NCBI GenBank assembly: GCA_965221775.1
Contig: CBDCSU010000006.1
Coordinates: 1,888,001 to 1,952,000 of the forward strand
DNA from: Candidatus Latescibacterota bacterium
GTDB taxonomy: Bacteria > Latescibacterota > UBA2968 > UBA8231
Length of the DNA stretch: 64,000 nucleotides
Direction: 5' to 3'
Every line of letters begins with the position of its first letter. Positions within the stretch are counted from its first letter, which is position 1. Shown piece after piece: positions 38,273 to 46,800 of the stretch. Below the pieces are notes generated by a model. It saw nothing but the letters and a program-made list of their open reading frames with translations. It searched no databases and was not told where the DNA came from. The position numbers and the translations under genes were made by a program.

Positions 38273-38743
38273 CTATGCTTCCAGGAAGTCAACCAGCAGT
38301 TCCTCGAAGTTCGTTCTGTTGAAGTCCCACCTGCGAGGCTTCTCGTACCTGGCCTCTCTCTTCGCGAACTCCCAGTGGTCCGTTCCCTTGAGAACCAGCA
38401 TCGCGAGAGAAGTGCTGCCGGAGACGAGGTCGACGCGGCCTCTGGCACCGAGAACGAAGCGACCAATTGGCCTCAAGGTGAGCACCTGGCTCCTCAAGAA
38501 GACAAGCTTGAGGGTCGGTGCCTGGTATTCCCCAAGTTGCTCCTCGTAGATCGGAATCGTCTCTCTTTCGACCTGCAGCAGGGCTTGATCCTCGAGCGGA
38601 CGCAGCCACTCGAGTATCGTCGAAGTGAGCCCATTGCAGCTCGAAATCCACTCTTGGCGAACGGCATCGTGGTCGATTTCCGATGCCTCCTGCTGCCGTT
38701 GCCTCTTCTTCAGAACTTCCTCCAGCGTGGGCACTTCAACCAC
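38273..38743 (-). CDS. Hypothetical protein (156 aa), lower GC
   Basis: Open ORF with AGAGGA RBS; motifs EE.LG.Y.AP and PIGR.V.GA.GRVD. Confidence 0.7.
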   Translation of the reverse strand: MVEVPTLEEVLKKRQRQQEASEIDHDAVRQEWISSCNGLTSTILEWLRPLEDQALLQVERETIPIYEEQLGEYQAPTLKLVFLRSQVLTLRPIGRFVLGARGRVDLVSGSTSLAMLVLKGTDHWEFAKREARYEKPRRWDFNRTNFEELLVDFLEA

Positions 38744-38864
38744 TCCTCTGCGCCGGGTTCACAGGACGCCGCCGGAGTTCATCGGCAAGGCTCTCCTGAC
38801 GTAAGACGCCGCATGCAGTCAAGCACCGGGAGCGTCCCGTGGTCACTCATCGTCTCCCGAAGCT

Positions 38865-39176
38865 TCATACAACCTCTTCCACCGTCGGCGCAGTCGCAGC
38901 CTGGTTCCGGCGGGCCTGCGCGAGTTCGTAGCTCGCCTGCATCCGCATCCAGTGCTCGGCGGTGCCCCAACCGATCTCTTCCAGCGCCAGCGCCATGTTC
39001 GCAGAGACCCCCGCCTTTCCGTTCAGCACGCGCGACAGGGTCCCGCGGTCGCAACCGAGGTGGACGGCCGTATCCGTGACGTTCCATCCGGTCTCTTCCA
39101 TGCTCTCACGGATCAGTTCGCCCAGATGCGGCGGGTTCAGCATGGGGCGTGCACGTCCGTCCCCGTCATTGTTCAT
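38865..39176 (-). CDS. higA: HigA family addiction-module antidote (XRE HTH)
   Basis: NPPHLGELI..LSRVLNGKAGVS.NMAL.L..AE.WMRMQASYEL. Confidence 0.88.
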   Translation of the reverse strand: MNNDGDGRARPMLNPPHLGELIRESMEETGWNVTDTAVHLGCDRGTLSRVLNGKAGVSANMALALEEIGWGTAEHWMRMQASYELAQARRNQAATAPTVEEVV

Positions 39177-39196
39177 CAGTCGGCACTCCTTCCCGG

Positions 39197-39310
39197 TCAG
39201 TGATAGTCGATCAGGTCCACGTCCACGGCCTCGCCGTCCTCGAACCGGAACACCACGCGCCAGTTGCCGGACACACGCACGCTCCACTCGCCCGCCCGGT
39301 CGCCCTTCAG
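39197..39310 (-). pseudogene. higB: 5'-truncated HigB (RelE-like plasmid-killer) toxin
   Basis: LKGDRAGEWSVRVSGNWRVVFRFEDGEAVDVDLIDYH* is the canonical HigB C-terminal half; N-terminal half and start are missing. Confidence 0.85.
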
Positions 39311-39369
39311 GTGTAGCGTGCCGCGCCACGCGCCGCAAGAAGGTGCTGCGCTGAGCGCATGAGGCGCCA

Positions 39370-40665
39370 GTGGCGGTGACCCTCGGCGTGGCCTGGATGG
39401 CCGGCTTCTACGGCCTCGCCGCCCTCGGCGTAGAGCCCGTAGCCACCTTCTTCTTCCTCTTCGCCTGGGCCGGCCTCCTCTTCACCTTCGACCAGCTCAT
39501 CGCCCGGGTCGAGGGCCGCTCTCTTGTCGCACGCCTCGGGGCTGGCTCCTTGGCACTGCTCATGGCGTGGTCCGCCGTGCTCTGGTTCGCCTTCGAGCTG
39601 GCCAACCTGCGGCTGCAGAACTGGCACTACGTGATGGTCACCGACGTGGACGCCGCGCGCCTGGCGGGGACGGTCCTGGCCTTCGGCACGGTGCTGCCGG
39701 GCGTGTTCTGGATCGATCACTGGCTCGGCGCACGAGGCGTCGCCGCGGCCCTGGGCCTCCGTCCCCTGCGCTTCGGTCCGCGGTCCCTGCTCGCGCTGCA
39801 GGCGGCAGGCGCCGTCAGCCTGGTGCTGTGCCTGCTCGATCCGACGCGCTTCTACCCGCTGATCTGGGGTGTCGCACCCCTGGTCCTCGCGCCGGTGGTC
39901 TACCGCCGCGGCGCTGACGGCTGGCTGCGCCAGTGGGAGGGCGGCGAGTACGGCCCCACCCTGCGCATGCTGCTGGCCGGCGCAATCGCCGGTGGATTCT
40001 GGGAGTTCTTCAACTACTGGGCCCGGGCCAAGTGGATCTACACCGTCCCCTTCTTCGACGAGCTCAAGCTCTTCGAGATGCCCTTGTTGGGATTCCTCGG
40101 CTTCCCGCCCTTCGCCCTGGGCTGCGCCACCGTGTATCGGCTGCTGGTCTGGCACCGGCTGGCGCCCCCCATCGGCTGCTTCGCTCAGCAGGGGCCCGCC
40201 GCAGGGAAGCTGGCGCGCCCGGCTGTGATCGCCGTGGCCGTGGTCGTCTCGGTGACCGGTTATCTCGCCGTCGACCGCGTGGTCGTCACCTCGCGCACGC
40301 CGAGGGTAGCCGATGCCGCGGCCATCGGTCCGGAGCAGCGGCAGGCCCTGAAGGCGGCCGGGGTGTCACACCTGACGCAGCTGACGGGCTGGAGAAGCGG
40401 ACGCCGCTGGGCCGAGGTCGAGGCGATGTTGGGTGATTCGAGCGCAGCGGATCTGCGTCGGGTGGTGGCGGTGTACTTGCATCAGGGGATCGGGACGGAG
40501 TACGGCAACCGCCTCGTGGCGGCGGGCGTCACCTCCCTGGAGAGCCTGCGTGGCTGGAGGGCCGGGGAGTTGTGGGAGAGGCTGCGAGTGGAGGACTCGC
40601 AGGGCAGGGTGCCGACGCGGGCGCAGGTGAAGGTGTGGGTGCGGCGGCTGCCAGAGGGTGGATGA
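39370..40665 (+). CDS. Multi-pass membrane protein with C-terminal DUF4332-like HhH domain
   Basis: [40 protein letters not shown]; GIGTEY..L.AAGV.S. Confidence 0.7.
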   Translation: MAVTLGVAWMAGFYGLAALGVEPVATFFFLFAWAGLLFTFDQLIARVEGRSLVARLGAGSLALLMAWSAVLWFAFELANLRLQNWHYVMVTDVDAARLAGTVLAFGTVLPGVFWIDHWLGARGVAAALGLRPLRFGPRSLLALQAAGAVSLVLCLLDPTRFYPLIWGVAPLVLAPVVYRRGADGWLRQWEGGEYGPTLRMLLAGAIAGGFWEFFNYWARAKWIYTVPFFDELKLFEMPLLGFLGFPPFALGCATVYRLLVWHRLAPPIGCFAQQGPAAGKLARPAVIAVAVVVSVTGYLAVDRVVVTSRTPRVADAAAIGPEQRQALKAAGVSHLTQLTGWRSGRRWAEVEAMLGDSSAADLRRVVAVYLHQGIGTEYGNRLVAAGVTSLESLRGWRAGELWERLRVEDSQGRVPTRAQVKVWVRRLPEGG

Positions 40666-40724
40666 TTCCGGGATCCTCAGGCAAATTATCCGCCGCAGGT
40701 ACCCCAGCAGGGAGGAGTGAAGCT

Positions 40725-41015
40725 ATGCCGATGAAGAACCCGCCCCATCCAGGGCTCTCGGTGCGGCACGATTGCCTGGAGCCTTTGGGGCTGAATGTCA
40801 CGGAAGCGGCCAGGCACCTGAGCGTCAGCCGCGAGGAGCTTTCCGACATCGTGAACTGCAACGCGGGCATCTCGCCTGAGATGGCAATCCGGCTCCACAA
40901 GGCCTTCGGGGGCGGCGCCGAGACGTGGCTGCGCCTCCAGGCTGCCTACGACTTGGCGCGAGCGATGAAGCATGCCGATGAGATCAAGGTCGAACGGCTG
41001 TCACCAGGAGCCTGA
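40725..41015 (+). CDS. higA: Orphan HigA family antitoxin
   Basis: [38 protein letters not shown]; GGAGG RBS; no adjacent toxin. Confidence 0.88.
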   Translation: MPMKNPPHPGLSVRHDCLEPLGLNVTEAARHLSVSREELSDIVNCNAGISPEMAIRLHKAFGGGAETWLRLQAAYDLARAMKHADEIKVERLSPGA

Positions 41016-41157
41016 TACCGTGGGGCGTACAAGTGGAAGACCAAGCTGCGGTACAGCGGAAGGTCGCAGCATCCAAAATCGCCACACGCCCTTGCCCGAA
41101 GCGGCTCTCGGCATACCATGGGTCGCCCCATGTACACATGGCCTTGTGGAGTCTAAG

Positions 41158-41574
41158 CTAGGTTGGGCGCGAGAGGAATCGCTCCAGCCTTCGGGCTACT
41201 ATATCGGGCCTCCTCTCCACGTCGCACTCCCAAAGCCTCAGGACCCTCCATCCCTGACGCCGTAGTCGGCGGATGTTCCGCTGGTCCCGGCGCTTGTTGT
41301 TCGAGAGCTTCTGCTCCCAGTACTCTCGACGTGTGGATGGAATGCGACCCTCTCCGCAATGAGGACACAGGTGCCAGAAACAACCGTGCACGAAAATGAT
41401 GGCGTTGTACTTCCTGAGAACGACATCTGGCCGTCCTGGAAGCGCCATCACGTTCAGACGGTAGCGATAGCCCATCTTCGTGAGGAGGCGCCGGACAATG
41501 CGCTCAGGCTTAGTGTCCTTGCCCCGGATGCGGGACATGACTTCGCTTCGCTTCTTGCTGCTCCAGATGTCCAT
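41158..41574 (-). CDS. vsr: Very short patch repair endonuclease
   Basis: RSEVMSRIRGKDTKPE, LPGRPD, FVHGCFWH, W..K..N..RD, GWRVLRLWEC. Confidence 0.95.
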   Translation of the reverse strand: MDIWSSKKRSEVMSRIRGKDTKPERIVRRLLTKMGYRYRLNVMALPGRPDVVLRKYNAIIFVHGCFWHLCPHCGEGRIPSTRREYWEQKLSNNKRRDQRNIRRLRRQGWRVLRLWECDVERRPDIVARRLERFLSRPT

Positions 41575-41575
41575 G

Positions 41576-42697
41576 CTATGGATGTGTGGACTGCTTGAGT
41601 ACTGGTTGTAGGAACTCCATGACGCTCTTGGCGACTTGGAAGGCCAGTGGTACCGGAACGCCATTAGAGACCATTGCGAACTTAGCCCCAAGGGGATAAT
41701 GGGGCTGGAGGGCATATTCATCCGGGATGCCCTGGATGCGCATAGCCTCCCTGACGCTTAGTCGACGTTCCTTCCAAGGGTGCAAGTGCACTTCGTTGTG
41801 ACCATAGCAGGCCGTAGGGCTGAAGCGGTAGCGGTGAAGGCGCTTGAAGGACTTGCGTTTGGTGTCACCCTCACTTACGGTCTTGAATCGTTCGGAGTAG
41901 GTATTGAAGACATCGTCTCTATTCTGAGTTGGCATTAGACGGAAGGCACTGGCGACGGTAAGTTCATAGGGAATGTCGTTGGGACGCAAGGGCCTCTCGC
42001 CGAACGGTGATACCTGGGGCCAGTTGAATCCTGTCTTGGCACCCTTGAAGTCTGGGAGTTCCGGCCAAGGGAACCAGTCCCTATCCGTCCTATCGATCAT
42101 GCGGCTAGCGCACTGTTTCGCTATGTGCTCATGAACGCCAACCAGAATTAGCCGTTCCCGGTCTTGGGGAACGCCCATTTCGAGGGCATTAATCATGCGC
42201 AGATCTAGGCAATAGCCAGCGGCCTGGAGCTGCTGTTCGAGCTTCTTCAAGTAAGCACGATGCACTCCTATGCGATACAGTCCCGCCACGTTCTCGAACA
42301 CGAAGAAGCGAGGCATGAGTGAAGTGATGCGGTAAACGTAAGTCCTTGTCAGCTTGCCCTTGGTGCCCTTGCTGCCCTGGTGGCGTCCACCGTTACTGAA
42401 GTCAGGACAGGGTGGTCCGCCGATCACGCCGAATAGAGAGGGCTTGCCTTGCGGGAAGGCTTGTCTCTCTATAGACGGGGCGTAGAGCGATCTGATGTCC
42501 CGAGTATTCGAAATAGCCGCTGGGTATGGCTTCTTGCCATTGGCTTTGCGCCATAGGGTCATGCCGTAGGCGTACATGCTCGCGACCGAAGGATCACTTT
42601 CGTTTGTCCAGACGGTCTCGAAACCTGCCTTCTCGAAGCCGATGTCGAGGAATCCGCCGCCGGTGAAGAAGGACAGGAGTGGGATGGCGTTACTCAT
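41576..42697 (-). CDS. DNA (cytosine-5)-methyltransferase (DruM-like position)
   Basis: Motif I FTGGG, motif IV GGPPCPDFS, VI ENV, VIII PQDRER, IX-X RLSVRE..RIQG..NGVP. Confidence 0.93.
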   Translation of the reverse strand: MSNAIPLLSFFTGGGFLDIGFEKAGFETVWTNESDPSVASMYAYGMTLWRKANGKKPYPAAISNTRDIRSLYAPSIERQAFPQGKPSLFGVIGGPPCPDFSNGGRHQGSKGTKGKLTRTYVYRITSLMPRFFVFENVAGLYRIGVHRAYLKKLEQQLQAAGYCLDLRMINALEMGVPQDRERLILVGVHEHIAKQCASRMIDRTDRDWFPWPELPDFKGAKTGFNWPQVSPFGERPLRPNDIPYELTVASAFRLMPTQNRDDVFNTYSERFKTVSEGDTKRKSFKRLHRYRFSPTACYGHNEVHLHPWKERRLSVREAMRIQGIPDEYALQPHYPLGAKFAMVSNGVPVPLAFQVAKSVMEFLQPVLKQSTHP

Positions 42698-42718
42698 GAG
42701 GTCTCGATAGCGGGATTG

Positions 42719-43801
42719 TCATTCCTCCAAAGCGAATCCTGTGGTCAGGTCAGTTTGTCTATACGAAGTCTCCACTACGTCACGCCGGAGGTCGCAGAGC
42801 ATTGCCGCCGATACGTCCTGCATCAGGAACGGAAAGCGCGTCGGGGAAAGCCCTCTGACCGTGACTTGGCGGGCGCCAATGTTGAGTGCGAGGAGTAGTG
42901 TGCCGTTGCCGAGCAGGGTGACGCTATTCACCGTCCCAACGGCATCGGCTGGCCAGCCGGGACTCTGTTCGCGTTTGCTCCAATATCCCTTGCACACTGG
43001 CCTGTACCCACAGAAGCGGCAAGCGTCGGGGCTAGGGGTGGCGAGGCGTTGGGGCGGTGCGCCTGATGCTATGAGGTTGTTAATCGCCGTGAGTTTGGTG
43101 CGGGCCTGCTCCATGATATTGCGTGCCCGGGCGGTGTCGAGCGGCACCTGGTGATTGCCGCCGGCAAGGTTGGTCAGCGTCAGCCGAATCGGCCACTCGC
43201 CGCAGGTTTCATGGTAGATGGCGGCGTAGAGGAGAAGTTGAGCCTCATATGCTGGCTTGACGATCCCCGCCTCACGCTCTGTTATGGCCCCGGTCTTGTA
43301 ATCAAGGAGTTCCACCCCCAGCTTGCCGGGAACGATGCGGTCGACGAAACCGCCCAAGAGTCCATCGTCGCTCTCCAGCCAGACCTCCACCCCTGCGGAC
43401 CGGCCAGCAGACACTCTCGTAGCGCCGCGAGGAGTGGACTTCCTTTGGGTGATCCTCCGGGCTGATGCAAGGGTGAGACGCTTCCTGACCTCATATCCTT
43501 GCGCGCTCTCGCTGAGGGGGATGAAGCGCCCCTCTCCAGCTTGGCGCATCTGGTCTTCCACCTCGGCTACGGAACTCTCCCAGGCTTTGCTCAGGCGTTG
43601 GCTCTGGAGCGATCCACGGCCCGCAAGTTCGAGGACTCGGTGAGAAACAAGGCCGAGTCGGGCGGCCGGAGAGACAGGGAGGATCGGGGGGGTGGTGGTG
43701 GCATGCCAGACTTCCCGGAGCACGCACTGACTGAGTTGATGATACCTGCTAGGAGAAATCCGTCGTAGTGGGTGTAAGTTGGGAGGATCCGGTAGCAGCA
43801 T
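42719..43801 (-). CDS. PD-(D/E)XK nuclease (RecB/AddB/Cas4-like) with four Cys and an extra C-terminal domain
   Basis: ISPS..C, G..H, E..L..GFVDR, DYKTG, QL.LY, CRFCGYRPVC. Confidence 0.85.
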   Translation of the reverse strand: MLLPDPPNLHPLRRISPSRYHQLSQCVLREVWHATTTPPILPVSPAARLGLVSHRVLELAGRGSLQSQRLSKAWESSVAEVEDQMRQAGEGRFIPLSESAQGYEVRKRLTLASARRITQRKSTPRGATRVSAGRSAGVEVWLESDDGLLGGFVDRIVPGKLGVELLDYKTGAITEREAGIVKPAYEAQLLLYAAIYHETCGEWPIRLTLTNLAGGNHQVPLDTARARNIMEQARTKLTAINNLIASGAPPQRLATPSPDACRFCGYRPVCKGYWSKREQSPGWPADAVGTVNSVTLLGNGTLLLALNIGARQVTVRGLSPTRFPFLMQDVSAAMLCDLRRDVVETSYRQTDLTTGFALEE

Positions 43802-43813
43802 GGGGTCAGAGAC

Positions 43814-46800
43814 TCACTCAACAGCCTTGGCGAGTAGGGATCGACAATACGCCGGTCTCCTGAGAAGGTTGAACGTGTCGATGTACCGGAAGACGTCGCC
43901 TCCTGCAGCCACAATGGCGTCGGCGAGTAGACCAGCGGGTCTCCGGGTGTCCCAGAGAGGGTGCACAACCAAAATGCGCCTCTGCCCGACCGTGAATCCA
44001 GGAACGTCAGCCCAGGTCTCCGGTTTGTAGTCGTTGAAGTGTGCGACAAGGCTGTCCCTGAGAATACCGGCACTGTCTGGCCATCCATGGAGTTCCGGGG
44101 CCTCGAAATCCCCGTCAAGGCCGACGCGGTAGTTTGGACACTGAAGGGTCTTGAGGTACGAGAGAGCTAGGCGCCAGTCGAGGAGACCGTGGTAGGTCAT
44201 GTTGCGATAGACCTTGAGGCAGTCGTAGCAGGCAGAATCGCAGGCGGCCCGATGTGCTGGCAAGAGGATCTTCTCTGCGTAGGAACCCCGGGCCGGACTG
44301 TGGATTGCGTGGAGGACTTCTGCAAGGCTCTCGTAGGCCTCCCGAACAAAGCCGGCGCCGTTGGGCAGGCGGTCACTGAGGATGATGTCGGCGACGGTCG
44401 TAGACTCATCTAGATTGTGTGAGGTGACACTGCCTACCTCGATCTCCTCAGGGTCGATGTCAAACCTGTCGGCCAACACGCGCTGGAGGAGGAAAGCAGC
44501 GGAGTATATTGCGGCCCTCAGTCCACTGTGGGCGGCAGCAGGGTCAAGGGTGATTCCTTTGGAAACGGCGGCCGGAGCGATGCGCAACACCTCGGTTGTC
44601 TTGGCGGCCGCGAGGGCGATCTTGTCCCGGCCGTCGCTGCCATACCGGGCGTCGATCCATTGATGTCCAAGCGGTGGAATGCCTCTACTCCTGCCACTGT
44701 CGGATGGCGGCGGGGGTGTCGTGACCACAGCGCCCCGGAAGAACTGTCCTGCATTGTCGTTTATTCTCCAGACTGTGCCCTGGGCGGAGAGGGCCCTGTT
44801 ACAGTTAGTGTCGGCGAGTTTGGTCCGGCCTGGTTCCTCAGTGGCCTCTACCATCGTGGCAGGGATGCTGAACATGAGGCTGTCGTCCTCTTTCGCATCA
44901 CTTCCCATGGTGAGGTTAGTCCGAAAGGCTTGCGGGACGACGATCTCGAATTGCCGATAGGACCCGTCTTCGTCGGCTGGGTGGCCACAGTGCGGGCAGT
45001 GCTCTCGCGGCTCCTGGTGAACCGTGGTCTTCATGTGTCCGCAGGCTCTGCACCATTGCACCCAGCGTCTGAAAGGAAGCGGCTCCTCGGAAAAGGGCAC
45101 CCACTTGGGGCCCTGCTGGTAAAGAGGTGGCGTGAATCCTATGGCGGTGTGAACTGCCTTATCCTTTGTCTTCTGAGCCCCGGGGGCGAACTCGGTGATG
45201 GCGAGCTCAAGGTCTCGATCGATGGTGCGCTCCCCGTCCTTGGTCAGGCGGTGGTAGAGAAGCCGGGTCCTGGAAGGCATGCCGAACATTGGGAGTATTG
45301 CGGCCTCCGCGAGGCGCTCAGCCAAACCCTCACCGACGAGCTCCGGATTGCTGTGAGTATCCTGTATCTGTTTGGGCAGAGTGTGCTCAAGCCACTGCAA
45401 GTCCTCCTCACTTGAATCGTGGAGGAGAGCTCGGATGACCGCGTCCTGTGCTTCCTTCTCACTCACAAGCCAAGTCTCTACGGAGTTGCGGTTCTCGGGC
45501 CAGCCGACCTTGGCGTCAGGATCGATGGCAAGCCCAAATTCTCCGTGAGTGTCGGGTGGCCGGGGGCTGTGCCACCATCTCACTCCGGCCGCCTTGAATG
45601 CACGGCGGAGGCACTCCTTGGCAAGAAGGCGTCTGGCTATCTGGGGTTGGGTCATCGTGAGGAAGGGAACCGGAGGGGGATCACCAATGATGCGTTCGGG
45701 TACTGAAAAGTAGTGCTCGTCGTGGCTGCGACCCCTACAGAGGGTGAGCACAAGTGCAAAGGCTTGGCCGCGTCGTCCCGCGCGACCTACCCTCTGCTGG
45801 TAATTGAACCTCATGGGCGGCATATTAGCGAGCAGGACGGACTGTAGGTGTCCAATATCGACCCCGACTTCCATCGTTGTTGTCACGCTAAGTGCATCAA
45901 TCTCGTCGACCTGTGGAAGGCGTGGCTTCCCGGGTAGGTCTACGATGATTCCGCGAAAGTGCTGCTGCCTCTCTATTTGGTTGTCGGTTTGCGCTGTCAG
46001 TTCCTCACAGTGAAGTCTGATTGGCGGCCGATGTTCTGCTGCGGCCTTGGCTAGGTGGTTCTCAGCCCATAGCTCACGACAGGTCCTCTGCGCAGTTTGG
46101 GGGAGCTTGGCATGGCATGCGGTGCAAATCCCACACGAGTGGTGGAGGTGGTATCGGGCACAGCGGGGACACTCCCAGACGGGGTCGTCTCCTTCCGTCA
46201 CCCGTACACTAAGCTCACGGGCTACGAGCACCCCATTGTGATGGCCACCCTGGCGCAAGGCGGCGAAGATAGCGTCTCCAAGGGTTGCTTCGTGCAATCC
46301 CCTATCCTTGGCGACCTGCCGGACGTAGCGCTTTATGCGCGCCTGACAGTCGACGTAGTCTGGGTAGGAGTCTTGGGGATATTCTGAGCCTTCATGCCGA
46401 AATCTGTCCCCGAGAATCCGGACGAAGGCATCGCAGGCCTCAACAAACTCCTGGGGTCTCAGTCCAGACGCTGCGCTGAGTTCCGAGAGTGCTACGGGAT
46501 CGGTGCGCAGCTTCATCCATCCGAGTCCTGACGCTTCAAGCCCGAAGTAGAGGCGACCAAAGAAGAGGTCGCAGAGCGTGACAGTAAGGGCGTGCAGGAT
46601 CCTCTCTCTAGCGTGATGCGCTCCTTGGGGCAAGCCCTGCCGCCAGGTGCGGACTTCAAAGTCAAAGAGGGTTGTCCAGTGGTGGTACTTTTCCCCCCAA
46701 AGGAAGTCCTGAAGGAGAAGGTCATTGCCTGCGGGGTTTACTCCATGTTCGACAAGTCTCCGGATAAGGATACCGCAATCCTGTAGATCGTCTGGTGGCG

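Noticed and set aside
37979-39079. 366-aa plus-strand ORF across the TA cluster
   Set aside because: A chimera of the duplicated gene fragment and antisense of real minus-strand genes.
37260-41015. Integron cassette array
   Set aside because: The small genes have mixed orientations, and no attC-like repeated palindromes or intI were visible.
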